This document shows positions 36,232 to 49,589 of a DNA stretch of 64,000 bases, one piece after another. Within the stretch, counting starts at the first letter, position 1; each line of letters begins with the position of its first letter. The notes under the pieces are model-generated. The model was given only the letters and a program-made list of their open reading frames with translations, did not search any database and was not told the DNA's origin. The stretch comes from Squalus acanthias. Lineage: Eukaryota. The position numbers were made by a program, and so were the translations under genes. The stretch is from the NCBI GenBank assembly GCA_030390025.1, contig CM059432.1, positions 140,556,001-140,620,000 on the forward strand, in the 5' to 3' direction.

Positions 36232-38506
36232 ATTAAGATGGAGAGTGAAGTAGTTGACTCAGAGACAGCGGTCCTGAATTTAAATAAAGGAAACTACGAT
36301 GGTATGAGGTGCGAGTTGGCTAGGATGGATTGGGGAGCGTTACTTAAAGGGTTGATGGTGGATAGGCAATGGCAAACATTTAAAGATCACATGGATGAAC
36401 TACAGAATTTGTTCATCCCTGTTTGGCATAAAAATAAAACAAAAACGGTGACTCAACCATGGCTAACAAGGGAAATTAGGGATAGCATAAGATCCAAGGA
36501 GAGGACATATAAATTGGCCAGAAAAAGCAGCAAACCTGAGGATTGGGAGCAGTTTAGGATTCAGCAAAGGAGGACAAAGGGATTAAATAAGAGGGGGGAA
36601 ATAGAATATGAGAGTAAGCTTGCAGGGAACATAAAAACTGACTGTAAAAGCTTTTATAGATATGTGAAGAGAAAAAGATTGGTGAAGTCAAGCATAGGTC
36701 CCTTGCAGTCAGAATCAGGGGCATTTATAATGGGGAACAAAGAAATGGCAGACCAATTAAATACATACTTTGGTTCTGTCTTCACAAAGGAGGACACAAA
36801 TAACCTCCCAAAGATGTTGGGGAACATAGGGTCTAATGAGAGGGAGGAATTGAATGAAATCAGTATTTGTAGGGAAGTGGTGTTAGGGAAATTCACGGGA
36901 TTGAAGGCTGATAAATCCCCAGGGCCTGATAATCTACATCCTAGGGTACTTAAGGAAGTGGCCCTAGAAATAGTAGATGCATTGCTGGTCATCTTCCAAA
37001 ATTCTATAGACTCTGGAACAGTTCCCATGGATTGGAGGGTAGCTAATGTAACCCCACTATTTAAAAAAGGTGGTGGAGAGAAAACAGGGAATTATAGACT
37101 GGTAAGCCTGACATCAGTAGTGGGGAAAATGCTAGAGTCCATTATAAAAGATGTAATAGCAGAGCACTTGGAAAACAGTGACAGGATCGGACAAAGTCAA
37201 CACGGATTTACAAAAGGTAAATCATGCTTGACTAATCTACTTGAATTTTTTGAGGATGTAACTGGTAGAATAGATAAGGGAGAACCAGTGGATGTGGTGT
37301 ATTTGGACTTTCAGAAGGCTTTCGAGAAGGTCCCGCATAAGAGATTAGCGTGCAAAGTTAAAGCACATGGGATTGGTGGTAAGGTGCTGACTTGGATAGA
37401 GAACTGGTTGGCAGACAGGAAGCAAAGAATTGGAATAAACGGGTCTTTTTACGAGTGGCAGGCAGTGACTAGTGGGGTACTGCAGGGATCGGTGCTAGGA
37501 CCCCAGCAATTCACAATATATATTAATGATCTAGACGAGGGAACTAGATGTAATATCTCCAAGTTTGCAGACGACACAAAGCTGGGTGGGCGTGTGTGCT
37601 GTGAGGAGGATGCAGAGAAACTCCAGTATGATTTGGACAGGTTAGGTGATTGGGCAGAAGCATGGCAGATGCAGTATAATGTGGATAAATGCGAGGTTAT
37701 CCACTTTGGTGGCAAAAACAGGAAGACAGATTATTATCTGAACGGCAATAGATTGGTAAAAGGGGAAGTGCAACGAGACCTGGGTGTCCTTGTGCACCAG
37801 TCGCTGAAGGTAAGTATGCAGGTGCAGCAGGCGGTTAAGAAGGCAAATGGTATGTTGGCCTTCATAGCGAGAGGATTCGAGTACAGGAGCAAGGATGTCT
37901 TGCTGCAGTTGTACAGGGCCTTGGTGACTGAGACCCCACCTTGAGTATTGTGTGCAGTTTTGGTCACCTTATCTGAGGAAGGATGTTCTTGCCATGGAGG
38001 GAGTGCAGCGAAGATTCACCAGACTGATACCTGGGATGGCAGGAATGACGTATGAAGAGAGATTGGGTCGATTAGGCTTATATTCGCTAGAGTTTAGAAG
38101 AATGAGAGGGGATCTCATTGAAACTTATAAAATTCTAACAGGACTAGACAGACTAGATGCAGGAAGGATGTTCCCGATGGCGGGGGAGTCCAGAACCAGA
38201 GGTCACAGTCTAAGGATAAGGGGTAAGCCATTTAGGACTGAGATGAGGAGGAATTTCTTCACCCAGAGAGTGGTGAACCTGTGGAATTCTCTACCACACA
38301 AGGCAGTTGAGGCCAATTCATTAAATATATTCAAGAAGGAGTTAGATATATTTCTTAAGGCTAAAGGGACCAAGGATATGGGGAGAAAGCAGGGACAGGG
38401 TACTGAATTTGGATGATCAGCCATGATCGCATTGAATGGCGGAGCAGGCTCGAGGGGCCGAATGGCCTACTCCTGCTCCTATCTTCTATGTTTCTATGTT
38501 TCTATG
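36232..38506 (+). mobile_element. 5'-truncated CR1/HER1 LINE with a 568-aa open RT frame
   Basis: KSPGPD, YLDFQKAF, FADDTK motifs; frameshift at ~37930; (TTTCTATG)n tail. Confidence 0.95.
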
Positions 38507-38622
38507 TGTCAATTTCCTAATCTGCATAGTTGAGTCTCACACTTGACTAGGGCCACCCAGCAAAGTTAAGTTCATGCCAATTTAGTTTCCTCTTAAATGA
38601 CTCTCCCTGTGCTACAGTTGCC

Positions 38623-38825
38623 TCATCCTCTAACTGTTTTTCCATTAACGTCAAGACCATGGCTAAACTGTTCAATCGCAGAGTGGCAGAGGTTACCAGT
38701 GGATTGGCTGTGCTGAAAACCATACTGCCGATCATGACGTAGGCCAGGACTATCAAAGCAATGAACAATTTGGGAGTTAACAGCAACTTCCATAACTTTA
38801 GAAAGTACTGAGTTAGGGCAATAGA
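38623..38825 (-). mobile_element. Ancient non-LTR RT fragment
   Basis: YCPNSVLSKVMEVAVNSQI...DRQYGFQHSQSTGNL resembles the RT segment YRPISLLSVLSKVME...QYGFR..RST. Confidence 0.6.
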
Positions 38826-38864
38826 GCAGCTGTTTCAAGTGTAAGAGGGCAGCGTTTCTCTTAG

Positions 38865-39325
38865 GTGTCAAGCGTGGCTCAGTCGGTAGCACTCTCGCCT
38901 CTGGGTCAGAAGTTCGGGCAGGGTCAAGTCCCATTCCAGAGACCCAAGCCCAAGCTGACACTTCAGTGCAGTACAGAGGGAGCGCTGCACTGTCGGAGGT
39001 ACTGTCTTTTGGGTGAGCGTTAAACCGAAGCCCCGTCTGCCCTTTCAGGTGGACGTAAAAGATTCCATGTCACTATTTTGAAGAAAAGCAGGGGAGTTAT
39101 CCCTGGTACCATGGCCAATACTTATCCCTCACCCAACATCACTAAAACAGATTATCTGGTCTTCATCACATTGCTGTTTGTGGGAGCTTGCTGTGTGCAA
39201 ATTGGCTGCCGCATTTCCTACATTACAACAGTGACTACACTTCAAAATTACTTCATTGGCTGTAAAGCACTTTGGGACGAACTGAGGTCATGAAGGGTGC
39301 TCTATAAATACAAATCCTTCTTTTC
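38865..39325 (+). mobile_element. Deu-SINE, full length
   Basis: Collinear with other copies. Confidence 0.88.
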
Positions 39326-39879
39326 TTTAAGGATAGGTAAACACAAGAACATTTCCAAGAAGGGTAAAAAAGAAAGAAAAGGAAGAAAGACTTGGAAATA
39401 ATATAGTGCTTTTCAGGATCTCAGGATGTTCCAAAGCGCTTTACAGCCAATTAGGTATTTTTTGAAGTACTAGATCAGACATGTGATGGCACAGGCAGAG
39501 TTAAGTTTGGAAGTTCACATTTTAAAGGTGATGCCACGGATACCATCAAGATAAAAGACCTTATCAAAGTCAAGAGAGCAGAACGTCCAACAGATCTAGC
39601 TGAGATAAAACTCAACACCGGTTATTGTGGTTAAATAGAATGGAACTGGTACTTGATTCTCTACCATGATGATTAAGGTCAGAGTTCGGGGAGAAATGTG
39701 AGCCAATTGGAGAGTTGGTAACTGTGCCATCGGGATGAAAGAGACTTGAAAAAGAAGTTACAAAAGATTCCTTTATCAAGTGACCAAAAGGAATGGTTGT
39801 AGAAGGAAGAGGATGATAGCAATATGGCAGTCCTGCACTGTGTTCTAAAATACTTCTAAATTTTAACGTTTCATATAGA

Positions 39880-40322
39880 CTGGATTGATTCCTGGGATGA
39901 GAGAACTGTCCTATGAGATTGAGTAGAATTGGCCTAAATTCTCTGGAGTTCAGAAGAATGAGAGGTGATCTCATTGAAACGTATAAAATTCTTAGAGGGC
40001 TTGAGAGATTGTTTCCCCCGGCTGGAGAGTCTAGAACTAGGGGGCATAGTCTCAGGATAAGGGGTCGGCCATTTAGGACTGAGATGAGGAGGAATTTCTT
40101 CAATCAGAGGGTGGTGAATCTTTGGAATTCTCTGCCCCAGAGTGAATGCTCAGTCGTTGAGCTTATTCAAGCCTGAGATCGATAGATTTTTAGACACAAA
40201 GGGAATCAAGAGATATGGGGATAGGGCGGGAAAGTGGAGTTGAGGTAGATGATCAGCCATGATCTTTATTGAATGGCAGAGCAGGCTCGAAGGGCCATAT
40301 GGCCTCCTCCTGCTCCTATTTC
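39880..40322 (+). mobile_element. CR1/HER1 3' fragment
   Basis: SLEFRRMRGDLIETYKI...WNSLP; matches 38030-38490. Confidence 0.9.
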
Positions 40323-40567
40323 TAGACCAAAGCAATGGGATTTTAAAATGAACCGTGGCTAATTGTACTTCCTTTGTTCTTTGCCTTGCAGCCTCTGGGT
40401 AAAATGGATATGCTGTGCAGTGTGAGGGCTAGGGGCAGGGAGAGGGGGGGAAATAATCATCTCTGACTGCCACAGGGTATAAAAGCAAAATTAAATACAA
40501 TAGGCTTTGTTTTGGGCCTAAAGTAGTAAAGAACACATCAAACAGCCAGAGCAGTTCAGAAAGAATT

Positions 40568-41256
40568 GGGGGGAGAAATTAATTATAGCCCTGTTTGCAG
40601 CCTTAACTTTTAAAAGTTGAGAAAATTAGCGGCAGGCACTAATGTTTCTCAACTTTTAGAAAATTTGGTTTTGCGCTCCATGAAGGATGTGAAGCGCTAA
40701 ATCACTTAATTCCTAGAGTGCAACAGGCAGCAGGCGGGGCGGTAGGTGAGCAGCACTGCCGCGTTGAAAGGCTCCTTCTCTCCCTTAAAGGGAAGGGCCA
40801 TCGCTGCAGGCTCTGCAAGGAAAAAAACTTACCTGGTCCCCGACGGCAGCCGCGATGCGGCCCAATCAGCCCGATGCACTGCAGCAGAGTGCCGGGCTGA
40901 TCAATGGCTGGCGACAAAAATCCCCCCCCCCTCGGCCACCTTGCCTTTAAGTCTCATCCGCGCAGCGCCCGGCCTCCCGATCTACGCCTCCTGCAGCTGT
41001 CGGTGTTGTCGCCCGGCGATGCTGCAGGGGGCGGAAACGAATTTCAGATCCGCTGCGCTACCGGGGCGACGCGCAGCCGGATGATGTCATGATCTCCGGG
41101 CGCAGGAGATGGTGGCGCTAGGGGTTACCGTCGCCGCAAACCACCAGGTGAATTTCGTGGGAGACGGTAACATCGCTGCGCCCGGGCAGTAAGCACCCCG
41201 TTATCGCCCCCTGGAGGCGCTAACGGGAGGCGCTAAGGCACCGAATTTCTAGCCAC
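40568..41256. mobile_element. GC-rich Harbinger-type MITE
   Basis: Imperfect TIR GGGGGGAGAAATT...AATTTCTAGCCAC, TSD ATT/ATT. Confidence 0.75.
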
Positions 41257-41604
41257 ATTGGAGTTCTCTTCAAAGCCATTTGCCTATTGTGATTTTTTGA
41301 ACGGAGGGAGGATAAGGTGCCTGGAGAAGTATATTTGCCTATTCTTGAATTCACTCAGAATTCAACTGTATTGCAGAGAGGCAGACCTCTATCGAGCTCT
41401 GTGCCCATGTTACAGTCATTCAAGATTCAGTTAACGGACTCCGAAAAATGACTTTAAGAATTTTTGAAGCCCTTGATAAGTTGTTTTCAGAAAATGGTTT
41501 AATCTATTGGTTAAATACCACGTTGCTGTTTATCTGCAGACTTAACTTGATGTTAAACAAATTTGTGTCTTGTGTAATCAAATTTGACTTCCAGCTTTAG
41601 CAGG

Positions 41605-41790
41605 TGTCAGCCGTGGCTCACACTCGCGCCTCTGAGTCAGAAGGTCGTGGGTTCATCGTCCCACTCCAGAGACTTGAACACAAAATCCACGCTGACACCC
41701 CCAGCGCAGTGCTGAGGGAGCGCGGCACTGTCAGAGGCGCCGTCTTTCGGATGAGACGTTAAACCGTCTGCTCTCTCTCAGCTTGGATGT
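41605..41790 (+). mobile_element. Deu-SINE 5' half
   Basis: Head and start of the Deu core; abuts an opposite-strand copy. Confidence 0.8.
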
Positions 41791-41799
41791 AAAACAAAC

Positions 41800-42232
41800 G
41801 CCTTTCACAATCTCAGGACATCCCAAAGCACTTTACAGCCAATGAATTACTTTTGATGTGTAGTCACTGTTGTAACACAACAACCACTTGCACACAGCAA
41901 GCCCCCACAAACAGCAATGAGACAATGTCCAGATAATCTGCTTTAGTGATGTTGGTTGAGGGATAAATATTGGCCAGGACACTGGGGAGAATTCCCCTGC
42001 TCTTCTATCAAATAATGTCAATGGGATCTTTTACGCCCACCTGAGAGAGCAGACGGGGCCTCAGTTTAACATCTCATCCGAAAGGTGGCACCTCCGACAG
42101 TGCGGCACTCCCTCAGTACTGCACTGGAGTGTCAGCCTAGATTTTGTGCTCAAGTCTCATGGAGTGGGACTTGAACCCACGACCATTACTGATTCAGAAG
42201 CGAGGGTGCTACCCATTGAGCCACTGCTGACA
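41800..42232 (-). mobile_element. Deu-SINE
   Basis: Reverse complement of the family sequence. Confidence 0.88.
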
Positions 42233-42239
42233 TGCGCAT

Positions 42240-42374
42240 ACAATAGCAAAATACTGCGGATGCTGGAAAATTGAAACAACAACAGAAAACGCTGGAAAAA
42301 CTCAGCAGGCCAGGCAACATCCGTGGAGAGAGAAACAGAGTTAACGTTTCAGGTCGAAACCCTTCGTCAGAACA
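42240..42374 (-). mobile_element. Solo Penelope pLTR fragment with hammerhead motif
   Basis: 14-bp TSD GCTGACAT(G/A)CGCAT; minus strand GTT-CTGACGA-AGGGT-TTCG-ACCT-GAAA-CG-TT-AAC at 42340-42373. Confidence 0.8.
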
Positions 42375-43369
42375 GCTGACATACGCATGTTGACTTGTTT
42401 CAAACTGTGAACAAAAGAAATGGCACCATTATTGATCTGTCGATCTGTGTTTAAAACTAGGAAGAGGAAATCAATGAAGTTGAAACACATGATTAGTGCT
42501 AGGCACGTTTGACAAGTCATGTTGGAGCTACCCTTTTAAGAACGAGAAACTCGGTTTATAAACTGCACGATGACTCATTACGAAACAACAGTCCCTTTCA
42601 GACTGCACCTTATTCTCCTTGTAGTTGGTATTTTACATCTGTATTTCTGCTTCTTCTGTCATTGTGGATGTGCGTTTGAATAATGAAGGGAGCAGATGTA
42701 TCATAGCACTATACAGCACCTGTCAGCTGCTACAGTAAACAAGAAACTTAGTAATCTCCAGTGTCCCTTAGCTGCAACTTGCCACATACGAAATGTATGC
42801 GTATCTTATTTGTCACAGAATTGGGCTCCACCTCACTAAGCACTGCTTAGTAGGGTTTGGAGCTATCACATCTGGATTCCACAAGAACAGCTGGACACTT
42901 AAATAACAATTCTCTGTCTCGAGCTAATGAAAGCAGGTTCTGACTCTCGATTGCTGTTAGCAGTTAATCAAAGGTTGGACGCATAAGGGAATCAACTGGG
43001 CGGCGATCCAAATATCCAGCAGGGCAACTGTCTTTCACTGATTTGTATTCCATGTTGATGATAGCCAGTGTTAAAAAGAATCCAGAGGGGAGGAAGTAAA
43101 TGCTTTCCGACTCTGGTTGAATATGTTGATGGTTATAGAATGAGTGAATAGAGCAAAGCTTTGATCCAGAAATAAAAAAATATACTTTGGATGTTAGGGA
43201 TGATTGCTGAACCAAATTCCAGCCAATGTGATCTGGGTTTGGCCAATTTTGGGTTAATCCAAAAATTACACCAATTATATTCCTTTCCATTTCAGATTGG
43301 ACGTCCCCTCCCTCTCTACAAAGAAAGGAGAAATACAGCATGAAAGGAAAGAGCGATCCAGCACCCTTC

Positions 43370-43820
43370 CCTGTGGCTCAGTGGGCAGCGCTCTTGCCTT
43401 TGCGTCACAATGGTTGTGTGGTTCAAGTCCCACTCCAGTAGACCTAAGCACAAAACTCTCGGCGAACACTCCCAGTACAGTACTGAGGGAGTGCTGCACT
43501 GTCAGAGGTGCTGTCTCTCAGGTGAGATGTTAAACTGAGGCCCTGTCTACTCTCTCATGTGGATGTAAAAGATCCCATGGCACTATTTCGACAGAAGAGC
43601 AGCTACATTGTCCCTGGTGTCCTGGCCAATATTTATCCCTCAATCAACATCACTAAAAACAGATTATATGGTCATTATCACATTGCTGTTTGAGGGAGCT
43701 TGCTGTGTGCAAATTGGATGTCATGTTTCTCTGCATTGCAAAAGTGTGTGTACTTCAATGGCTGTAAAGCACTGTGGGATGTTGTGAAAGGTGCTAAATA
43801 AATGCAAGTTATTTATTTCT
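43370..43820 (+). mobile_element. Deu-SINE
   Basis: Collinear with other copies. Confidence 0.85.
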
Positions 43821-43986
43821 GTACACATACTATATTGATTGCATCCTGCCATTCGTTTTCCGATGTCATGTTAGGAGGTGGCCAAGCAGTTGCTGTCTGT
43901 GGACATCAAAAAATATAAGGGCCAGAGGTACTTTTTTTTAAATCATTCTTGATATTTACCTACTTGTCTGTTGGGAGAAAACATTC

Positions 43987-44220
43987 GGGCCTAGAAATTC
44001 GCTGGTGCCATGCCAGTTTTTCAGGTCTGAAACGAGCGCCTAAGCATCCATCATGGCGGGTGGGGCACGCTCATTATGCGCCTCTTCCGGTTGCTCCCCC
44101 CCCAGGGCCTACCCGGTATTGAAAACCTCTTCGCCGGCAAGCTGCCTGTGGGACACCCAGTGGGTGCCTGCAGCTCACGTAAGTGAGGCCCGAGGCCCCA
44201 ATATCGGGTGTACCTTGGGC
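43987..44220. mobile_element. Harbinger-type MITE remnant
   Basis: Left TIR-like GGGCCTAGAAATT then GC-rich sequence; right end not found. Confidence 0.4.
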
Positions 44221-44581
44221 CCACAGTGATGCTAACAATAACTCCTCCTCCTGGCCTTAGTGGATCCAGCAACGTGGTGAAATTAGTCGGCCTCATCAGG
44301 ATGTTGTTGCTGCAACATAAACAGGGTCCCCCACCCCCGCAAGCAGGAACAGCTCCCAAGGAACTTCTCACTTTCTTATAACTATTCTCCCAAATTACTA
44401 ACCTCTTCACCTCAGCGAAGTTCCTCACAGCTTTCCCTTTAACTACCATTGCAGCCTTCCTCTTTATAATCTTCTGGCAGCCTGACTCCAATGTTAGCCA
44501 AACTGGCTATCACGCAACCAAGAGCAAAATCTACCAGCCTAATTTAGGCAATGACCCTAATATAGATGTTGCAATGGTAAT

Positions 44582-45046
44582 GAAAGAAAGACTTGCATTT
44601 CTATAGCGCCTTTCACAACCACCGGACGTCCCAAAGCACTTTACAGTCAATGAAGTACTTTTTGAAGTGTAGTCACTGTTGTAATGTGGGAAACGCAGCA
44701 GCCAATCTGCGCACAGCAAACTCCCACAAACAGCAATGTGATAATGAGCAGATAATCGGTTTTTGTTTATGTTGGTTGAGGGATAAATTGGCCAGGACAC
44801 CCAGGGATAACTCCCCTGCTCTTCTTCAAAATAGTGCCGTGGGATCTTTTACATCCACCGTGAGAGAGCAGACGGGGCCTCGGTTTAACGTCTCATCCGA
44901 AAGACGGCACCTCCGACAGTGCAGCACTCCCTCAGCACTGCGAGTGTCAGCCTAGCTTTAGGCACAGCAAAGTCCCTGGAGTGGGACTATGAACCCACAA
45001 CCTTCTGACTCAGAGGTGAGTGTGCTACCCACTGAGCCACAGCTGA
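44582..45046 (-). mobile_element. Deu-SINE, full length
   Basis: Reverse complement of the family sequence. Confidence 0.88.
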
Positions 45047-45089
45047 TGAGAGAAAGTTATCCTGAAAATGGTAAACTATCATATCAGGC

Positions 45090-45870
45090 AGGACCGAAGG
45101 AGGCCGTTTGGCCCAACGTGCCTGTGCTGTCTCTTTGAAAGAGCTCTTCAATTAGTCCCACTCCCCTCACACTTTTCCCCAAAGCCCTGAAAATTTTTCC
45201 TTTTCAAATATGTATCCAATTCCCCTTTTTCTTTCATTGTCTTCAGCACGGTGGTTCAGATGGGGGGGTGGGGGGCACCTGCACCTTAATCTATGTCTAG
45301 CAGCCCTGCTCTCCTGCGAATTTAACCACGTGAGAACTGAGTTTAACACAATGGTAAAATTTTTCATATATATATATATATGTATAGATATATATATTAC
45401 ACCCAGGTCCTCCAATGGTGACACGGTCCTGCATTACAACAGTGACTACACTTCAAAAGTAGTTCATTGGCTGTAAAGCGCTTTGAGACGTCCGGTGGTC
45501 GTAAAAGGTGCTATAGAAATGCAAGTCTTTCTTTCAGTTTGAAATGCTGAAAGATGATAAATGCAAGCTTTTTGCTGGGCCTGAATAGGTTGGGAAAACA
45601 GAAAATTTTAAGTTTCATAAAGTTTACGTAAACTTTTTCAAAAGGGAATTGGATATATACTTGAAAAAGAAAGGTTTGCTGAGCTCTGGGGAAAGAGCAG
45701 GGGGAGAGGGACTAATTGGATCGCTCTTTCTCAAAGAGCCGGCACAGGCACGATGGGCCGAATGGCCTTCTCCTGTGCTGTGATTCCATGATTCTCCACA
45801 AGCTGGCCTATTGTGTGCTTTCAGAATTTTCTGTTTTTGCTTCAGATTTCCAGCATCAGCGGTAGTTTGC
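45090..45870. mobile_element. Cluster of short CR1 tails, a Deu-SINE tail, (TA)n and a Penelope pLTR tail
   Basis: CR1 tail (-) 45090-45225, SINE tail (+) 45430-45535, CR1 tail (+) 45630-45795, pLTR-like 45820-45870. Confidence 0.7.
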
Positions 45871-46709
45871 CTTTTTTTTACAAGGTTTTCAAGGGTTGCC
45901 TCATTCTGCCATTATTTGCATTGAATTCTCCAGGGAGCCAGTGAGCTCATAAACTTACTATCCTGTCGCACCTGCTCGCCCAGGTCCCGCCAAGAAAAAC
46001 ATTTCCCATCAGCAGCAATTTCTATGCTTTACATCTTTTACAATTTGTTATTTAATAGTTAAAATAATTAACAAAGTGACATTTATTTTCCCCAAATACA
46101 GGCTTAAATCCCCAAATGACCTATAAATTTGAGATGTGTCTAGGTCTTTGATCATTAGAAAGTTGAATGAGTGCACTTATTACCTCAGAGACCTTTCAGG
46201 GTTAGTAAACACTAGAATTAAAGTCTTATGAGATAGATAAGTCACAGATAAAATCACAGTTAAGTTTAAAGACTGCAGCATCAGATAAGAGTTTAAGGAT
46301 TAGAAGGCTACCCGCTGCTCTGTACTGTGGGCCTACATTAGTTAAGAAAGCAGTTTCCACAATGCGATGCTTGAGAATTGTTGTTATCTGTCAGGAAATG
46401 AGATAATTCAGCGAGTCAATCACTTCTATTTGCCTAAACAGAATGAGCTTGAAAGCTATTAAACATGAAACTCTTTACAGCTTGTTTTCTTTACTTTTGG
46501 TACATCAGTTAAAGATTAAAGTCAATTCTGTTTGGTTGCATACGATGGAAGGGGCTCTGCAGGAACATCCATTTGACCTTTTATACCAATTGTGAGATAT
46601 TTAAGAAGGTGAAGAGAAGCTATGAAACTGCAGATTTCTGTAGGTAAGTTGATATGAATGGGTGACAGTTTCTTCAAGAAGTATCGCTAATATGCTAAGA
46701 GACTGGCAT

Positions 46710-47186
46710 CTTGCATTTATATAGCACCTTCAACATAGTAAAACATCCCAAGGCGCTTCACAGGAGCGTTATCAAACAAAATTTGACACCGAGCTAGATA
46801 AAGAGATATTAGGACAGGTGACCAAAAGCTTGGTCAAAGAGGTAAGTTTTAAGGAGTGGCTTAAAGGAGGAGAGAGAGGTGGAGAGGCAGAGAGGTTTAG
46901 GGAGGGAATTCCAGAGCTTAGGGCCCAGGCAACTGAAGGCACGGACACCAATGGAGGAGCGACGAAAATCGGGGATGGACAAGAGGCCAGGATTGGAGGA
47001 GCGCAGAGATCTCGGAGGGTTGTAGGAGGTTACAGAGGTAGGATGGGGCGAGGCCATGGAGGGATTGGAACACAAGGATGAGAGTTTTAAAAATCGAGAC
47101 ATTGCCGGACCGGGAGCCAATGTAGGTCAGCGAGCACAGGGATGATGGGTGAGCAGGACTTGGTGCGAGTTAGGACACGGGCAGCA
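46710..47186 (-). mobile_element. L2 3' fragment
   Basis: LHWLPV, RAFSCLGPKLWNSLP motifs. Confidence 0.9.
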
Positions 47187-47561
47187 GAACACCTCGGCGA
47201 ATGTGAAGTGAAGAAATTCAGATTGAGAGTGCCATTTCGGATTTTCACACACAGGTCGGGAAAGGATTGCGAGAACAGTGAACAAAAGCCATTTTGATAT
47301 TGTAGTAAGACCTGTGTGAGCGGTGCCAGCTTCCCACACATGCATCTTGCACAGCTGGCCTTAACATGAAAGCAAATTTGTTGGCATTCACTATGGCCAG
47401 TAGTGGGGAGGCCTTAGTGAATCTGGACAAGTGAACTTTGAAGTACAGTCAGCTGCCCAACATACACTCACGTCAGGAGCTTGAGCCACTAACAATAATA
47501 ATAATAACAACTGCAGCATGCATTTATCTAGTACTTTCAATGTGGGAAAACACACTAAGGT

Positions 47562-48200
47562 GTCCACTTTGACTCAGTGGGTAGCACTCCTACCTTCTGA
47601 GTCAGAAGGCTGTGGTTTCTAAATCACACTCCAGCAAGTTGAGCTCAATAATCCAGGCTGACACTCCCAGTGGAGTACTACAATGTCGGAGGTGCTGTTT
47701 TTTTTAGATGAGACATTAAACCGAGGCCCCGTCTACCCACTCAGGGGAGTTCTCCCCAGTGTCCCTGGACAATGTTTATCTCTCAACCAACATCACTGAC
47801 GTAACAAAACTACTAGGCACTTGGTCTAAGCGTTAAACAAAGCTTTAATCAACTGTTTTACAACATGGAGATCTAGTTGTGTCCTTCGCTAGTTCCTGTT
47901 GAGGAATGTCCTCAGCAAGCTTGGCCCATGCCCGAGTATTTATACTCTCCCTGGACAGCGCCACCAGCAGGCCGCCCAGTATTACTTCATGCATGAATGA
48001 CAAGATTCATGTCAATCACTAAATCAGATTATCTGGCCAGTACCACATTGCTGTTTGAGGGATCTTGCTGTGTGCATGTTGACTGATGCGTTTCCTACAT
48101 TACAACCGTGACTACGCTCCAAAAGTACTTCATTGGCTGAAAAGCGCTTTGGGACGTCCTGACGATGGGCAATGTGCTATAGAAATGCAAGTCTTTCTTT
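47562..48200 (+). mobile_element. Deu-SINE interrupted by a solo LTR
   Basis: SINE collinear around 47797-48014. Confidence 0.82.
47797..48014 (-). mobile_element. Small solo LTR (218 bp), second copy
   Basis: Reverse complement of 29239-29447; 5-bp TSD ATCAC (47792-47796, 48015-48019). Confidence 0.85.
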
Positions 48201-48382
48201 CCTTCTAAGGCGCTTCACAAAGGTGTAAGAAGTAAAATGGGCACCGAGCCCAAGAAGGCCGTATTAGAAGGGGGTGACCAAAGGTTTGGTCAAAGAGGTA
48301 GGATTGAATGCTCTGGTCAGGATCAGATAGGTATTAGTGGAACAAAGCGAGGGCAGTCACTTCAAAGCTGGAGGAGAGGCAA

Positions 48383-49490
48383 TCATAGAATCATACAGAA
48401 CAGAAGGAGGCCATTCGGCCCATCGAGCCTGTGCCGGCTCTTTGAAAGATCTATTCAATTAGTCCCACTCCACCTGCTCTTTCCCCATAGTCCAGTAAAT
48501 TTTTTCCCTTCAAGTATATATCCAATTCACTTTTGAATGTTATTATTGAATCTGCTTCCACCGCCCTTTCAGGCAGTGCGTTCCAGATCACAACAACTCG
48601 CTGTGTAAAAAATAGCTTCCTCATGTCGTCTCTGGTTCTTTTGCCAATCACCATCAATCTATGTCCTCTGGTTATTGACCCTTCTGCCACTGGAAACAGT
48701 TTCTACTTATTTACTCTATCAAAACCATTCATGATTTTAAACACCTCTATCAAATCTCCTCTTAACCTTCTCTGCTCCAAGGAGAACAACCCAGCTTCTC
48801 CAGTCTCTCCACATAACTGAAGTCCCTCATCTGGTACCATTCTAATAAATCTCCTCTGCACCCTCTTTAAGGTCTTGACATCCTTCCTAATGTGTGGTGC
48901 CCAGAATTGGACACAATTCATCAGCTGAGGCTTAACCAGTGCTTCATAAAGGTTTAACATAACTTCCTTGCTTTTCCTATTCCTCTATTAATAAAGCCAA
49001 GGATCCTATATGCTTTTTTAATAGCCTTCTCAACTTGTCCTGCTACCTTCAAAGATTTGGTGTAAAATTGTACCATTTAGTTCATATTGCCTCTCCTCAT
49101 TCTTCCTCCCAAAATGTATCACTTCACACTTCTCTGCGTTAAATTTCATCTGCCATGTGTCTGCCCATTACACCAGTCTGTCTATGTCCTCCTGAAGTCT
49201 GTTACTATCCTCCTCATTGTTTACTACATTTCCGAGTTTTGTGTCCTCTGCAAACATCACTAAAACAGATTATCTGGTCATGGTCACATTGCTGTTTGTG
49301 GAACTTTGCTGTCCGCAAATTGGTTGCTGCGTTTCCTACATTACAACAGTTCAAAAAGTACTTCATTGGCTGCCCCTTTAATCCCATGGGTTTTAATTTC
49401 GCAAACAAATCTATTATGTGGTACTTTTTCAAACGCCTTTTGAAAGTCCATATACACAACATCAACCGCACTACCCTCATCCACCCTCTC
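48383..49490 (-). mobile_element. CR1 3' fragment with an internal SINE piece
   Basis: CVQFWAPH, RRLRGDLIEVFKI, VVYMDFQKAF; Deu-SINE piece at 49255-49372. Confidence 0.85.
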
Positions 49491-49589
49491 CTTTACTTGG
49501 AGGAGGATGGTGGGATTAACCATGTCAAAGGCTGCATTTCAAGAACTTTGGTGCAGTGGGTGATGATTGGAGGGATTCAAACTGGGAGT

